From positions 1 to 63,449 of the IMG/VR virus record IMGVR_UViG_3300024279_000009: a DNA stretch of 63,449 nt. One strand, written 5' to 3'. The position numbers and the translations under genes were made by a program. The notes under the pieces are model-generated. The model saw only the letters and a list, made by a program, of their open reading frames with translations, was not told the origin of the DNA and did not search any database. Shown piece by piece: positions 15,982-25,846 of the stretch. Source of the stretch: a virus (lineage: Duplodnaviria > Caudoviricetes). Each line of letters starts with the position of its first letter. Within the stretch, counting starts at the first letter, position 1.

Positions 15982-18552
15982 ATGCGAAACCTCAAACTGA
16001 CGCTGTTGTTGATGGTGGCTTTTGTTCCTGGGTTATGGGGACGGGCTGCATTGCATGGGTGGTGCGAGCAGGGCGGTCAGAAGATAACGACCGCTGGGAT
16101 CCAATCTTCCACGGTCGCCATGGTCAGTTATCCGAAATGCACGATCACAGTCAATATCTTCGGAGGAGGACTCGCAACGCTCTACTCGGATAACGCCGGG
16201 ACTCCGCTGGCGAATCCGTTCACGGCTTCGAACATCGGGTACTGGACTTTCTATGCTGATGATGGAGCTTACACGGTTAATTTGACCGGAGGTCTGACAA
16301 CGAGCCTCGGAACGTTCAATTTGTTCGACTCCAGCAATATTGCCGGAGGCTGCGGGACTTTGTTTTGGTGTCAAAGCAGTCTTTCAACGGCGCTGTCGGG
16401 ATCAATCGGGATACAGCCTACGGCTGCGTCAGGGCAACTAACAATCGAGAGCGGGTCAAGTTCGGGAAGAATCACTCTTTTCCGTGGTTCCGCATTTGGT
16501 CCGAACGCCGCGGCGACGATCTCAATTAGCGCGCTCACTGGCGCCGGTGGTGGAATAGGAACGATCAACCTTACTACCGTAAATTTGGTCACTACGGCGA
16601 CAACTTCTACTTTCAGCGGGACAATGTCGGTCGGCGGAACTCTCGGTGTTACGGGAGCCACTACGCTGAATTCCACTCTCGGAGTCTCTGGTGCAGCTAC
16701 CGTTGGTTCATTGGTGGACTCTGGAGCCGCATCGGTAGGCACGACATTGACGGTCGGCTCTTACGTTGACCTTTCCAACATCCCTTTTACGGCGGTTCCC
16801 GCGTCAGGCAAGACGCGCCTGTGGGCTAGTTCGGGAGACTCAGCGACGTGCGGTGGTTCAGCGATGATCTCAGGTCGGCTCTACTACCAGGACGCAGGAG
16901 GCAACTGTTTTGGTCCCTTGGCTACCGGAGGGTCAAGCGGCACCGGCTGGAATGTCTCTACGACCCTCGCCGGCACGAATGCTTTGGTTGGGCTGACCTA
17001 CTTGGGCGGGAACGCCTCTTCAGATCAAGCCTGGGCCTTCTCGCAGAACGGCAAGGAAGTAGGGCGCATGGGCGTTCCTGGAAGCGATCGGCAATGGTTC
17101 TGCATCGGGTGCGCGGCCAATCCTGCGGCCCACTTCGAACTGAAGGACACCACGAACATCAACATGGCGCAGTTCACTGGGACCGCCACTTCTTCGACAG
17201 CCGACTTCTACAATGTGGCGACGAAGAGCGGATCATTGTCCTGGTCTACTTCGACTGTGACACTTACGGCTCTCGGAAGCATCTTCCTTGGTGGTGGGTT
17301 CGGCGGAAACGGACTGACCGTGACAAGCGCGGGCCGCGTCCAGTATTCGAGCTACCTGGACAGCACGGGTGTTGCGACGAAGTCGGCTTGCGCTGGCAAT
17401 CAAGGAAGCATCGTTTACGACACGACTCTTCTGCACTGGTACTTCTGCGAGAACGCCGGAGGATGGACACAGTTTGGAACGGGAGGGACGGCGGGATGGC
17501 TGAACGGACCAGCGGCTAACGCAGGGCTGAACACCGACGCTTCGATCAGATGGATCGGATTGCTCAATAACTTCGCAATGGGCTTCGCTACCAACTCCAC
17601 AGAGCGCATGTACATTGACAATAACGGATTCGTCGGCATCGGAACAGTGGGAGCAGTTCCGAACAGGAAACTAGAGGTCAAGGACACTTCAAATATCACT
17701 CTGGCGCAGTTCACCGGCAGGGCTACAAGCTCGCAGATGGATTTTTACAACGGCGCTACGCAGGAAGCTAGGCTGCTGTGGTCTACCTCGACGTTAACTA
17801 TGTCTGCTCTTCAAGCAGGAGTGACGATCGACTTCACTAATATTGGGTTCGGTCAGATACTGGAACTCAACGCTGCCGGTCGGGCGATCTATGGAAGCTC
17901 GGCTTCCCCGTTCACTACAGGAGGAAACCACTGGGTAACGATTCGGTCTTCGGACTACGGGCAATTAGCTCTCGTGAACAGCGGCGTCGGAACTGCACGG
18001 TTGACATTCGCCTACACTGGAGCACCGACAATCGGCGGCGACATTAATTATGATGACGTGGACTTCAACGTCACTACTGGAGCGAACGCCACAGCGCTCT
18101 TGAACCTAAAGACTGGCGTAGGTCCGAGCACTGGATTGTCGATTGACACTGCCCAGGCTGTGACGATGCCTGTAAGCCTTACGGTTCCAACGATCATCGG
18201 AAACACCACGTTCAACAACAACGTTAGTATCGTAGGGACGGCGGCCTTTAATGGACCCGCGCACTTTGGTTCATCTGGTTCGAACATCACGAGCATGGTT
18301 TCAGGATCGCTCTCTTGGATCAACGGTGGAGTGGCGGCCAATTCGTGTTCTTCAAACGCTGTTACGGTCACGGGAGCGCCGGCCAATTCCGTTTGCTTCG
18401 TGTCCCCGGTGGACTCGGACCTTCTGTTCGGTGGCTTGACATGGTCTGGGCAGGTGTTCACCGCTGGAAGTTGTACGATCAAGCTCTGTAACGTCAGTGG
18501 TAGCGCAGTAGCCGCCCACACCTACACGATCAAGGCATGGGCTATATGGTAA
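15982..18552 (+). CDS. Tail fibre/spike-like protein with N-terminal signal peptide
   Basis: MRNLKLTLLLMVAFVPGLWG; ATLYSDNAGTPLANPFTA...FYADDGAY resembles tailspike particle-attachment domains; Gly/Thr/Ser-rich; TERMYIDNNGFVGIGT fibre motif. Confidence 0.75.
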   Translation: MRNLKLTLLLMVAFVPGLWGRAALHGWCEQGGQKITTAGIQSSTVAMVSYPKCTITVNIFGGGLATLYSDNAGTPLANPFTASNIGYWTFYADDGAYTVNLTGGLTTSLGTFNLFDSSNIAGGCGTLFWCQSSLSTALSGSIGIQPTAASGQLTIESGSSSGRITLFRGSAFGPNAAATISISALTGAGGGIGTINLTTVNLVTTATTSTFSGTMSVGGTLGVTGATTLNSTLGVSGAATVGSLVDSGAASVGTTLTVGSYVDLSNIPFTAVPASGKTRLWASSGDSATCGGSAMISGRLYYQDAGGNCFGPLATGGSSGTGWNVSTTLAGTNALVGLTYLGGNASSDQAWAFSQNGKEVGRMGVPGSDRQWFCIGCAANPAAHFELKDTTNINMAQFTGTATSSTADFYNVATKSGSLSWSTSTVTLTALGSIFLGGGFGGNGLTVTSAGRVQYSSYLDSTGVATKSACAGNQGSIVYDTTLLHWYFCENAGGWTQFGTGGTAGWLNGPAANAGLNTDASIRWIGLLNNFAMGFATNSTERMYIDNNGFVGIGTVGAVPNRKLEVKDTSNITLAQFTGRATSSQMDFYNGATQEARLLWSTSTLTMSALQAGVTIDFTNIGFGQILELNAAGRAIYGSSASPFTTGGNHWVTIRSSDYGQLALVNSGVGTARLTFAYTGAPTIGGDINYDDVDFNVTTGANATALLNLKTGVGPSTGLSIDTAQAVTMPVSLTVPTIIGNTTFNNNVSIVGTAAFNGPAHFGSSGSNITSMVSGSLSWINGGVAANSCSSNAVTVTGAPANSVCFVSPVDSDLLFGGLTWSGQVFTAGSCTIKLCNVSGSAVAAHTYTIKAWAIW

Positions 18553-18560
18553 AGGAGACT

Positions 18561-18818
18561 ATGAAACGGATCACATTGTTCTTCCTGTTGTCCCTTGGAG
18601 TTATCACTGTCGCGCAATTGACGCCCGCGCCGCCGACCGATCTCGCCCGCGAGAATGCGGAACTGAAGCTTCAAAACGCGCAACTGACTCAGCGCGTCTC
18701 GGTCTGCAACTTCCAAGATGCCTTGAAAGCGGAGGCTGATCTGAAGGCCAAGCTGCAAGCGATGGACAAGGCCGCTGAGGACAAGAAGCAGCCGAAGGAA
18801 GCCGCCAAGAAGCCATGA
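18561..18818 (+). CDS. Small secreted coiled-coil protein
   Basis: AGGAG site; signal peptide MKRITLFFLLSLGVITVA-Q. Confidence 0.75.
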   Translation: MKRITLFFLLSLGVITVAQLTPAPPTDLARENAELKLQNAQLTQRVSVCNFQDALKAEADLKAKLQAMDKAAEDKKQPKEAAKKP

Positions 18819-19057
18819 CGCCGGAACAGGACGAGCGTCTCGTCGCGGCCTTCGAATCCATCGGCGGATCGCTTAAGCGCTTTGCTGACCATATCTGCCC
18901 TGTGCCACTGGAAAGGACGGCAGAGCAGCGTGAGGCCACTGTGACCCACATCAAGACGGCAGAGGAGCGATTGCGTGAAGAACAAGGAGCAAGTGACGAC
19001 GACATCGGAGCCTGGCTCGACATTGGAAGCCGAGAACGTCGTTACAAGGAAAGCTGA
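18815..19057 (+). CDS. Hypothetical protein
   Basis: ATGA-coupled. Confidence 0.65.
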   Translation: MTPEQDERLVAAFESIGGSLKRFADHICPVPLERTAEQREATVTHIKTAEERLREEQGASDDDIGAWLDIGSRERRYKES

Positions 19058-19649
19058 TCGCCGGAAGCACCAAGTCAAGTTCGGCATCGACCCCGAAGAA
19101 CTGGAGTACGCTCCGAAGATCGAGAAGCTATTCTCGCAGGCTCTCGGTGGCGTACCGGAAGTCATCAGGATCATGCGCTTTTCCACGAAGCCGATCATCA
19201 AGGAGTTCCTAGCGACCTACGACAAAGCCACGGACGAACAGCACAAGAAGATCCCTCTTGAGGGCTTTGCCTTGGCAGCCAAGGTCAACCCCCAGGATCT
19301 ATCTGAGGCGATGATGGAGTGCCTGCGGCAGTACACGTTGAACCAGATTGCCGTCATGGGCCTGACCAGACACCGATGGGTGATGAAAGCTCGCTTGGCA
19401 GCGGCGCGAGAGTACAAGGGTGTTCGGGACCGCAACGCCATTGACAGCATGCTTGGACTTTCCGGCAAGAAACAGCAAGTCGAGACGCTGAACGAAATGG
19501 AGGAGATTGCAGCGGATGCGCCTCCACCAGAAGAAGCCGCCGCTCCTATCGAGCAAGAGGATGATCCCGATCTCGATGTGATGTTTCCCCGCCTCTCGAC
19601 AACCCAGAAGACGCTGAGCGATAAACCAGCAGGAGAATTCCCTGTATAG
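18975..19649 (+). CDS. Putative terminase small subunit
   Basis: Helical protein directly upstream of terL; assigned by position only, start uncertain. Confidence 0.45.
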   Translation: MKNKEQVTTTSEPGSTLEAENVVTRKADRRKHQVKFGIDPEELEYAPKIEKLFSQALGGVPEVIRIMRFSTKPIIKEFLATYDKATDEQHKKIPLEGFALAAKVNPQDLSEAMMECLRQYTLNQIAVMGLTRHRWVMKARLAAAREYKGVRDRNAIDSMLGLSGKKQQVETLNEMEEIAADAPPPEEAAAPIEQEDDPDLDVMFPRLSTTQKTLSDKPAGEFPV

Positions 19650-21765
19650 CCAGCGCATCATCGAAGCCAACGTCGAAGCGTTCAACCAGCGCGAAGGTTG
19701 GGAGCTGAAGCGCCATTCGATCGCAGAAGTCCAGGAGTTCATGGCCTACCTGGATACGATTGTCACCAAGCGCAGCAATCAGAAAAACTCCTACATCGAA
19801 GCGTCCAAGAAACTCACGCAGACTCGCCAGAAGGAGATTCGCCAGTGGATTCAGAACGAGCAGGTTCTATGCTCGCTCGACTCGAATTACTTCGAGAGTC
19901 GCTACGCAATGATTTGCAACGAGAAAGGAGAAATCTTTCAGTTCAGCAATCGCCAATCTCAAGAGGTCTTCGATCAAGTCATAGCGGGCTTCGAGGATCT
20001 TGAGGTAGCGATCGAGATTCTGTGCCTCAAGGCGCGTCAACAGGGAATCTCGACTAAGGTGGCTTTGAAGTTCCTGCACCGTATGCTGTTCATCCCTCAC
20101 ACGCAGTCGGTTATGGCTTCCGCGCAGGCCGAAAAGTCCGAACTGATCGCCCGCATCTTGAACATCTGCTATGAGAAATGCCCGTGGTGGCTGATCCCGC
20201 GGCGCACGACTGAACGAGTCGGCAAGATGATGGGATTCGATAACGGTTCAATCCTCTCGATTCAGTCCGGCACGCAGCCGACCGGAATCGCGCAAGGATG
20301 GACGCCTATCAACATCCACATATCGGAGATCGGGGACATCCCCAACCCTCAGAAGGTCATTGAGGAGGGCTTGCTTCGCGCCACGCACTCTTCGCGCCGG
20401 CTGTTTCAGGTCTACGAGGGCACTGGGAATGGAAATACCGGCTGGCTGGCTGACAAGTGGCGTTCTGCGAAGGAGGGATGGCCCCAGGGACGCTCCCGGC
20501 TGTTCCCCATGTTCATCTCCTGGCCTCTGGCGAGTGATTTATACCCCGAAGCCGACTGGCTCCGCAAATACCCTGTTCCTGACGGATGGGTGCCTTGCCA
20601 TGAGACGAAAAAGCATGTCCTGCGCTGCGAACTGTACATCCGCAGCACGGACTACTTGGCGCGCGTCTGTGGGGCTTCCTGGCAGATGCCGCGGCACCAG
20701 CAATGGTTCTGGGAGTTCAACTACCTGGAGGCCGTCAAGTCCCACACGCAGAAGATTTGGCTGTCTCAGATGCCTGCCGACGACTACGAGGCCCTGACGG
20801 GCAAAAACGATACGGTCTTCGATCAAGACGTGATCGAGATTTCTAGCCATCAACGGGAGCGCAACTACACAGCCTACGCCATCGTGGGGGAGTCCATTGA
20901 CGAGGGATTCGAGCCTGACGATTCGATAGTGGACTACGAGCGGCCGCGCATCATCGTCCGGTGGGAGTCGCACCGTGGGCAGAAGTTCGAATGGATGATG
21001 GTCCCTCTCAAGTCTTTCGATGAGTCCGAAGAGAGCAACGCACTGGACAAGGTTCTTGTCTTCCATGAACCACTTCCGGGCCGGGACTACTCCATCGGCA
21101 TTGACACAGCGGACGGCTTAGGAAAAGAGGACGATGACCGCTCCGTCTGCAACGTCACGATGAACGCCCGAGACGACAACCAGGATGTCCAGGTGGCTGA
21201 ACTGGTTTCCAACCGGATCAACCCGCCCCAGATGGTTGGCTTTGCCGCCTGCTTGGGGGCTTGGTACGGCGCCGCAACGATTGACCCGCGTGGCGCCAAG
21301 TTCTGCATCGAGCAGCGGTCGCGCCCGGGTGATGACTGCCAGCTTCAGTTGAAGCTCATGGGGTTCAACTACCATCATGAAATGGTGATGTACGACAAGA
21401 AGAAAGTCACCGAGAAGGGGGGCCACAAGCAAGGATGGTACACGAATCCTTGGTCCAGGCCGTTCCTGATGAATCGCTTCGTGGACGCGATCAACAACCA
21501 GTGGTACAAGCCGAATTCACCCTATCTCATCAAGGAGCTTGAGAACCTCGAACGCAAGATCACCGCAAGCGGAAAAACTCGTCTGGAACACCAGGACGGC
21601 AAGAAGGACGACCGCGTTCTCGCCGGGGCGTTGGCCTACATCACGAGGCACGCTTTCGATATTCTAGCGGATCGGGCGCAAAAGAGGTATGCTCCTCAAG
21701 AGGAGTTGCCGGACTTGAACATGGAAAATGCAAATACCGGACTCGTTAGCGTAGGAGGTTGGTGA
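19642..21765 (+). CDS. terL: Terminase large subunit (probable CTG start at 19642; first ATG at 19741)
   Basis: LKARQQGIST Walker A, IHISEIG Walker B, EGTGNG coupling motif, IGIDTADG and DDRVLA nuclease motifs. Confidence 0.9.
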   Translation: MYSQRIIEANVEAFNQREGWELKRHSIAEVQEFMAYLDTIVTKRSNQKNSYIEASKKLTQTRQKEIRQWIQNEQVLCSLDSNYFESRYAMICNEKGEIFQFSNRQSQEVFDQVIAGFEDLEVAIEILCLKARQQGISTKVALKFLHRMLFIPHTQSVMASAQAEKSELIARILNICYEKCPWWLIPRRTTERVGKMMGFDNGSILSIQSGTQPTGIAQGWTPINIHISEIGDIPNPQKVIEEGLLRATHSSRRLFQVYEGTGNGNTGWLADKWRSAKEGWPQGRSRLFPMFISWPLASDLYPEADWLRKYPVPDGWVPCHETKKHVLRCELYIRSTDYLARVCGASWQMPRHQQWFWEFNYLEAVKSHTQKIWLSQMPADDYEALTGKNDTVFDQDVIEISSHQRERNYTAYAIVGESIDEGFEPDDSIVDYERPRIIVRWESHRGQKFEWMMVPLKSFDESEESNALDKVLVFHEPLPGRDYSIGIDTADGLGKEDDDRSVCNVTMNARDDNQDVQVAELVSNRINPPQMVGFAACLGAWYGAATIDPRGAKFCIEQRSRPGDDCQLQLKLMGFNYHHEMVMYDKKKVTEKGGHKQGWYTNPWSRPFLMNRFVDAINNQWYKPNSPYLIKELENLERKITASGKTRLEHQDGKKDDRVLAGALAYITRHAFDILADRAQKRYAPQEELPDLNMENANTGLVSVGGW

Positions 21766-22202
21766 TGGGAGAGATCGCCAATACGCCACATCTCTGGATT
21801 CCGGCCCATCTGAAGGCCGCGCAGAAGCGCATCTCTGTCGTGTTCTACGTTCATCACCAGACACGGCGCATCCTCGTTGGATTTCCTGAGCAATTCCCGG
21901 CCCCCGAAGGGTTCATCAAGGTTATCGCTACGACGGCTCGTGAAGTTGACCAGATGAGCCAGAAAATGCGAGAGCAAGATGCCCGCGATGAGGCCATGAC
22001 GGAGGAACAACGCGAGGCCATCGAAGGTCCGGTGCGATCCTACGTTCGACAGGAATTGCAGAATCGAATGGCGAATGCCCGGAATGACATCAACCGGGAG
22101 TTTTGCCGGTTCGCTCTAGCAAGACTCGACGAGCAAGATCGGAAACGCCGGATGAAGCGGGAGTCCTATATGCACTGTGAAGCAGTCGAGGACGGGAAAT
22201 AA
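21765..22202 (+). CDS. Hypothetical protein between terminase and portal
   Basis: GGAGG site; coupled at both ends. Confidence 0.75.
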   Translation: MGEIANTPHLWIPAHLKAAQKRISVVFYVHHQTRRILVGFPEQFPAPEGFIKVIATTAREVDQMSQKMREQDARDEAMTEEQREAIEGPVRSYVRQELQNRMANARNDINREFCRFALARLDEQDRKRRMKRESYMHCEAVEDGK

Positions 22203-24292
22203 TGGGAACTGTCATCACTTCCGCAGGGCAAGCGCCACAGACGACAAGTTGGCAGGTTCCAGCATTCGAATGCGATCCCAGTCACCGGCTCGGATGGGTC
22301 GAGGAGCAGATTCAAGAGGGCGAAGGTTGGCTTTCCGGCCAATCGGCCTACCGCAACCTCGTTCCCAACATGCGGATCTACGAGGGCATCTTCGTAGACA
22401 ACACCAGAAGCACCCTGCACACCAATTTCCTGAAGTACAACATCCGCAAGTTCGTGGAGACGATTTCAGACGTTCGGGAGATCGCCCTGTATGGCTCCGA
22501 CGCTACGCAGTTCAAGCCTTACGCTGAAGTCGAGAATCGGGTCGCAAAGGCGGTATACCTTGAATCTCAATATCCGCGGCAGCTTCGGAAGGCGCTTCAG
22601 TATGCTGCGGCGATGGGCGTCGGCTATCTCTGGACGAAGTGTCGCGCAGAGGATTACGGTCGTGGGGAACGGCGTATTGTATTCGAGCCTCTCGGACTGT
22701 TGGACGTGATTCCGGTTCAGGTTCCAGCCAGTAACGATGTTCAGGATTCGTATGCCGTGACGGTCTACGAATACATGCCCGTAGCGGAGGCGCACGCACG
22801 CTTCCCACTGTTTCAGTCGCAACTGAAGCCTGTTGACCAGACGCGGTTCAATTCCAGAATCGAAGCCACGCGCCTCAACTGGCAAGATCGGATGAAGTAC
22901 GGCATCGGGGAATCATCGCGCAACTGGGGAAACCTTTACTGCGAGATTCGTTACACGTTCATTCGTGACATGCGGATCAACACGACGCAGTTCGAATTAC
23001 CGATGGGAGACGAAGGCACGACCTGGTTCCACAAGGTTCCCTACGTCGGGCAGCCCATTTTTGGGGGCATTCGCAACGGACAGGCGTTCATGCGGCCGGC
23101 CGCGAAAGAGGATTGCTGGGTCTATCCGAATCTGCGACTCATCATCACAGCCAAGGGCGTCAGCACGCCGATGTACGACGGGCCAGCCTTTGACTGGCAC
23201 GGTAAGATCCCGGTGGTTCAGTACCTCGTGGATGATGTGCCGTGGAAGCCTCTTGGCGAATCTCTCGTGGAGAACGTTGGTTCGATCGAACAGACGAAGC
23301 GCAAGCACGAGCGCATGATGGATCAAGTGCTCACAACTACGATGAATCCGCCGCTTGGCTACGACCGCACGGCTACGGGCGGTCCGAAGGTTGAGAATTT
23401 CGATATCTTCGAGCAGAACATCCGCGCCGGCGTGGACGGGCAGCCCCGGCAGATTCTCCAGTCGTTGCTTCCTGAAGAAGTGCGAGTGACTGAGGAGAAT
23501 CGAGTGTTCTTGGAGTCGCTGACCAAGATGGAGGAAATGCAACTAGGCATCAACGACATCGGCTCACTCGTGAATCTGAAGATGAACGTCACGAGCGATT
23601 CGTTTGACAAGGTCCTGGAGTCGGTCGGGCCCATCGCCAAGGGCATCGCCACGAGCATGGAGGAAGGGAACGCCAAGATCGGCTACATGCTGAAGTTCAT
23701 GATCCCGCAGTGGTTTGACACTTCGCGGATCATCCAGTACATCGGGCCCAATAGCATCCCCCCGGAGATATTTGACTTCGATCCCAACTCGCTGATCCCG
23801 AGTCACGGACTGGAGGAGTACGTTCGGAGTGAAGATGGACTTGCAAAGCCGCCGCTTACTGAATCGGTGTATGACAAGATGCAGAGGGCCAAGTGCTTTG
23901 CTCGAAACCTACGGCTGATCTCGGTTCCTTCGACGCTGTTGAAGATCACGCAGATGCAGGAGCAACTGAAGTATCTGCAACTCTATCGTGGGCAGTTCCC
24001 GATTTCCCCTCAGACTGTTGCCAAGAAGCTCGGCATTGACAACTATGGAGACATCGACGGAGACACCGAGTTTGAGAAGTGGATGAACTGGATGAAGTTG
24101 AAGATCATGCTGGAATCGCAGGCGCAGCAACTCGCCGCTGAATTGATGCCTGCTGGAACTGGCACTCCTGAAAACATCCAGACGGCGCCGCATCCTGGCG
24201 GTCGTCCACCAACAGGACAGCGGGCGCCGCGACTCGTTCAAAAGGGAAAGACTGACGGCAAGCCGAGAACTACGATCACGGAGGCTCGATGA
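22202..24292 (+). CDS. Portal protein
   Basis: 696 aa, after terminase; PWKPLGESLVENV...MMDQVLTTTMNPP pattern resembles podovirus portals. Confidence 0.8.
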   Translation: MGTVITSAGQAPQTTSWQVPAFECDPSHRLGWVEEQIQEGEGWLSGQSAYRNLVPNMRIYEGIFVDNTRSTLHTNFLKYNIRKFVETISDVREIALYGSDATQFKPYAEVENRVAKAVYLESQYPRQLRKALQYAAAMGVGYLWTKCRAEDYGRGERRIVFEPLGLLDVIPVQVPASNDVQDSYAVTVYEYMPVAEAHARFPLFQSQLKPVDQTRFNSRIEATRLNWQDRMKYGIGESSRNWGNLYCEIRYTFIRDMRINTTQFELPMGDEGTTWFHKVPYVGQPIFGGIRNGQAFMRPAAKEDCWVYPNLRLIITAKGVSTPMYDGPAFDWHGKIPVVQYLVDDVPWKPLGESLVENVGSIEQTKRKHERMMDQVLTTTMNPPLGYDRTATGGPKVENFDIFEQNIRAGVDGQPRQILQSLLPEEVRVTEENRVFLESLTKMEEMQLGINDIGSLVNLKMNVTSDSFDKVLESVGPIAKGIATSMEEGNAKIGYMLKFMIPQWFDTSRIIQYIGPNSIPPEIFDFDPNSLIPSHGLEEYVRSEDGLAKPPLTESVYDKMQRAKCFARNLRLISVPSTLLKITQMQEQLKYLQLYRGQFPISPQTVAKKLGIDNYGDIDGDTEFEKWMNWMKLKIMLESQAQQLAAELMPAGTGTPENIQTAPHPGGRPPTGQRAPRLVQKGKTDGKPRTTITEAR

Positions 24293-24492
24293 CTTCAGAA
24301 GCCGTTTTCGTCAATGAGCGCCGTGAGCATGTCGTGCAGGAGAGCACAATCAACACGAGCGTTTCAGCGGATGAAGTTCTCGCTGCTTTGCGCCAACGCA
24401 AGGCGACAGGCGAGCTTCGTTTCGTTCTGAATCAGGGCGGCGTGCAGCGGATCGTGCTGAGCGAAAAACGGGCGGCTCAAAATAAACCTTGA
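24289..24492 (+). CDS. Small hypothetical protein
   Basis: ATGA-coupled; TGELRFVLNQGGV. Confidence 0.7.
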   Translation: MTSEAVFVNERREHVVQESTINTSVSADEVLAALRQRKATGELRFVLNQGGVQRIVLSEKRAAQNKP

Positions 24493-24519
24493 CATCGCAC
24501 CGTTGAATCGTGTTAACGT
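24489..24519 (+). promoter_or_regulatory. Putative promoter of the capsid operon
   Basis: Consensus TTGACA followed by TGT-TAACGT (long spacing, extended -10 type). Confidence 0.45.
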
Positions 24520-24602
24520 GTGAATCGTAACGAGAACATACCTTACCCCTTTTCTTAGGGAATCCAAGGTCCCCTCCAGAAGAAAGTCTCATCGGAGGAT
24601 AC

Positions 24603-24713
24603 ATGACAAAGACAGTCATCGTGAGCGGACACAAGGGCGGTGGAGACAGTGGCCTGAAGCCCAAGGGCAAGATTTCCAAGAAGCCGACAGCCGCAACCGC
24701 GATCAAGCGCTAA
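24603..24713 (+). CDS. 36-aa basic peptide (absent from the ORF track)
   Basis: GGAGG site; MTKTVIVSGHKGGGDSGLKPKGKISKKPTAATAIKR. Confidence 0.65.
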   Translation: MTKTVIVSGHKGGGDSGLKPKGKISKKPTAATAIKR

Positions 24714-24720
24714 GGACTCA

Positions 24721-24972
24721 ATGGCCGCCGCTCCCGTCAATCCCGGTGGTGCCGCTCCTGCTCCTGATGCAGGGGGAGCGCCATCGCAAGCTCCGGCCAA
24801 TCCCCAACAAATCATGCTGGCGCAGATGTACCAAGTCGTTCGTCGCCTCGCTCAAGAGAATCCGATCATGTCCGCAGGCTTGCAAAAGGCTGCGGAAGGA
24901 ATCCAGGAAGCTCAGACAGCGATGTTGACGCAGCCGCGCCCGCAACCAACCGAAACGACTCCGCCGCAATAA
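24721..24972 (+). CDS. Pro/Ala/Gln-rich head-associated protein
   Basis: AAGGA site; lies between portal and scaffold. Confidence 0.7.
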   Translation: MAAAPVNPGGAAPAPDAGGAPSQAPANPQQIMLAQMYQVVRRLAQENPIMSAGLQKAAEGIQEAQTAMLTQPRPQPTETTPPQ

Positions 24973-24985
24973 GGAGAATGGAACC

Positions 24986-25837
24986 ATGCCGATAACCGTC
25001 GAACAGATCCTCAAGCAGTCTGGAATCAGCGACGAACAAATCAAGGCACTGGACGCTAAGCTGCTTCAAGGTTTTAGCACAGTGGCCGAGCAGGTGAACG
25101 CAGCCGAGTCTGCGGCACTGGCGGCGAAGGAAGAAGCCGAACGTGTTTCCCGAGCGCAGAAGGATATGTACGAGAACCAAATTGCGCCGGCCTTGGACAA
25201 TTGGGCGACGGAGAAAGCGAACCTTGAAGCCGAGCGCGCCTTCTACCGGACGCAGAACGAGCAAGCCCGCTCAGGAGGATTCGTGCCGAAAGATGCTCCG
25301 ACCTTCAAGGCTGGCGACGCCGATACGAACGCTGGCCGCGACAACAATGGCCGTTTTGTTCCTGGCGCCAACGCGGTTCCTGGTTCCCCCCAATACATGA
25401 CAATGGAGCAAGGCTTGACGGCGCTGACCAACGCTCATGCCATCGCCAATGAATACTTCCGGTTGTTCCGGGAGCCGATGCCGGATGACTTCGGTGATCT
25501 CCTGAAGCAAGCCGCCGCCGAGCACATGGACGCGCGCGCCTACGCGAACAAGAAGTACGGATTCGACACGAAGCGAGCGGAAATCACCGCGGCCAAGCAA
25601 AAGGAGCACGACGACAAGATCCGAGCCGAAGCCGCCGAAGCCACGCGCAAGGAAATGGCTGAGAAGTTCGGCAGCAACCCAAACGTTCGAGTGCCCAGCG
25701 ATTCGAGATTCACGGAAATCGCCAAGGGAGTCCAGGCCGGAACGCTCAAGGACCCCTTGAAGATGACTCAGCAAGAGCGCCATCGCGCCACGAGCGAGAT
25801 GGTTCAGAAAGATGTAGCCGCGAGCATGGTTCAGTAG
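24986..25837 (+). CDS. Capsid scaffolding protein
   Basis: Helical, charged, upstream of the capsid gene; RDNNGRFVP motif. Confidence 0.7.
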   Translation: MPITVEQILKQSGISDEQIKALDAKLLQGFSTVAEQVNAAESAALAAKEEAERVSRAQKDMYENQIAPALDNWATEKANLEAERAFYRTQNEQARSGGFVPKDAPTFKAGDADTNAGRDNNGRFVPGANAVPGSPQYMTMEQGLTALTNAHAIANEYFRLFREPMPDDFGDLLKQAAAEHMDARAYANKKYGFDTKRAEITAAKQKEHDDKIRAEAAEATRKEMAEKFGSNPNVRVPSDSRFTEIAKGVQAGTLKDPLKMTQQERHRATSEMVQKDVAASMVQ

Positions 25838-25846
25838 GTAGAAAAT

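Noticed and set aside
17131-17811. Diversity-generating retroelement TR/VR pair
   Set aside because: No reverse transcriptase in the window, and the differences are not adenine-specific.
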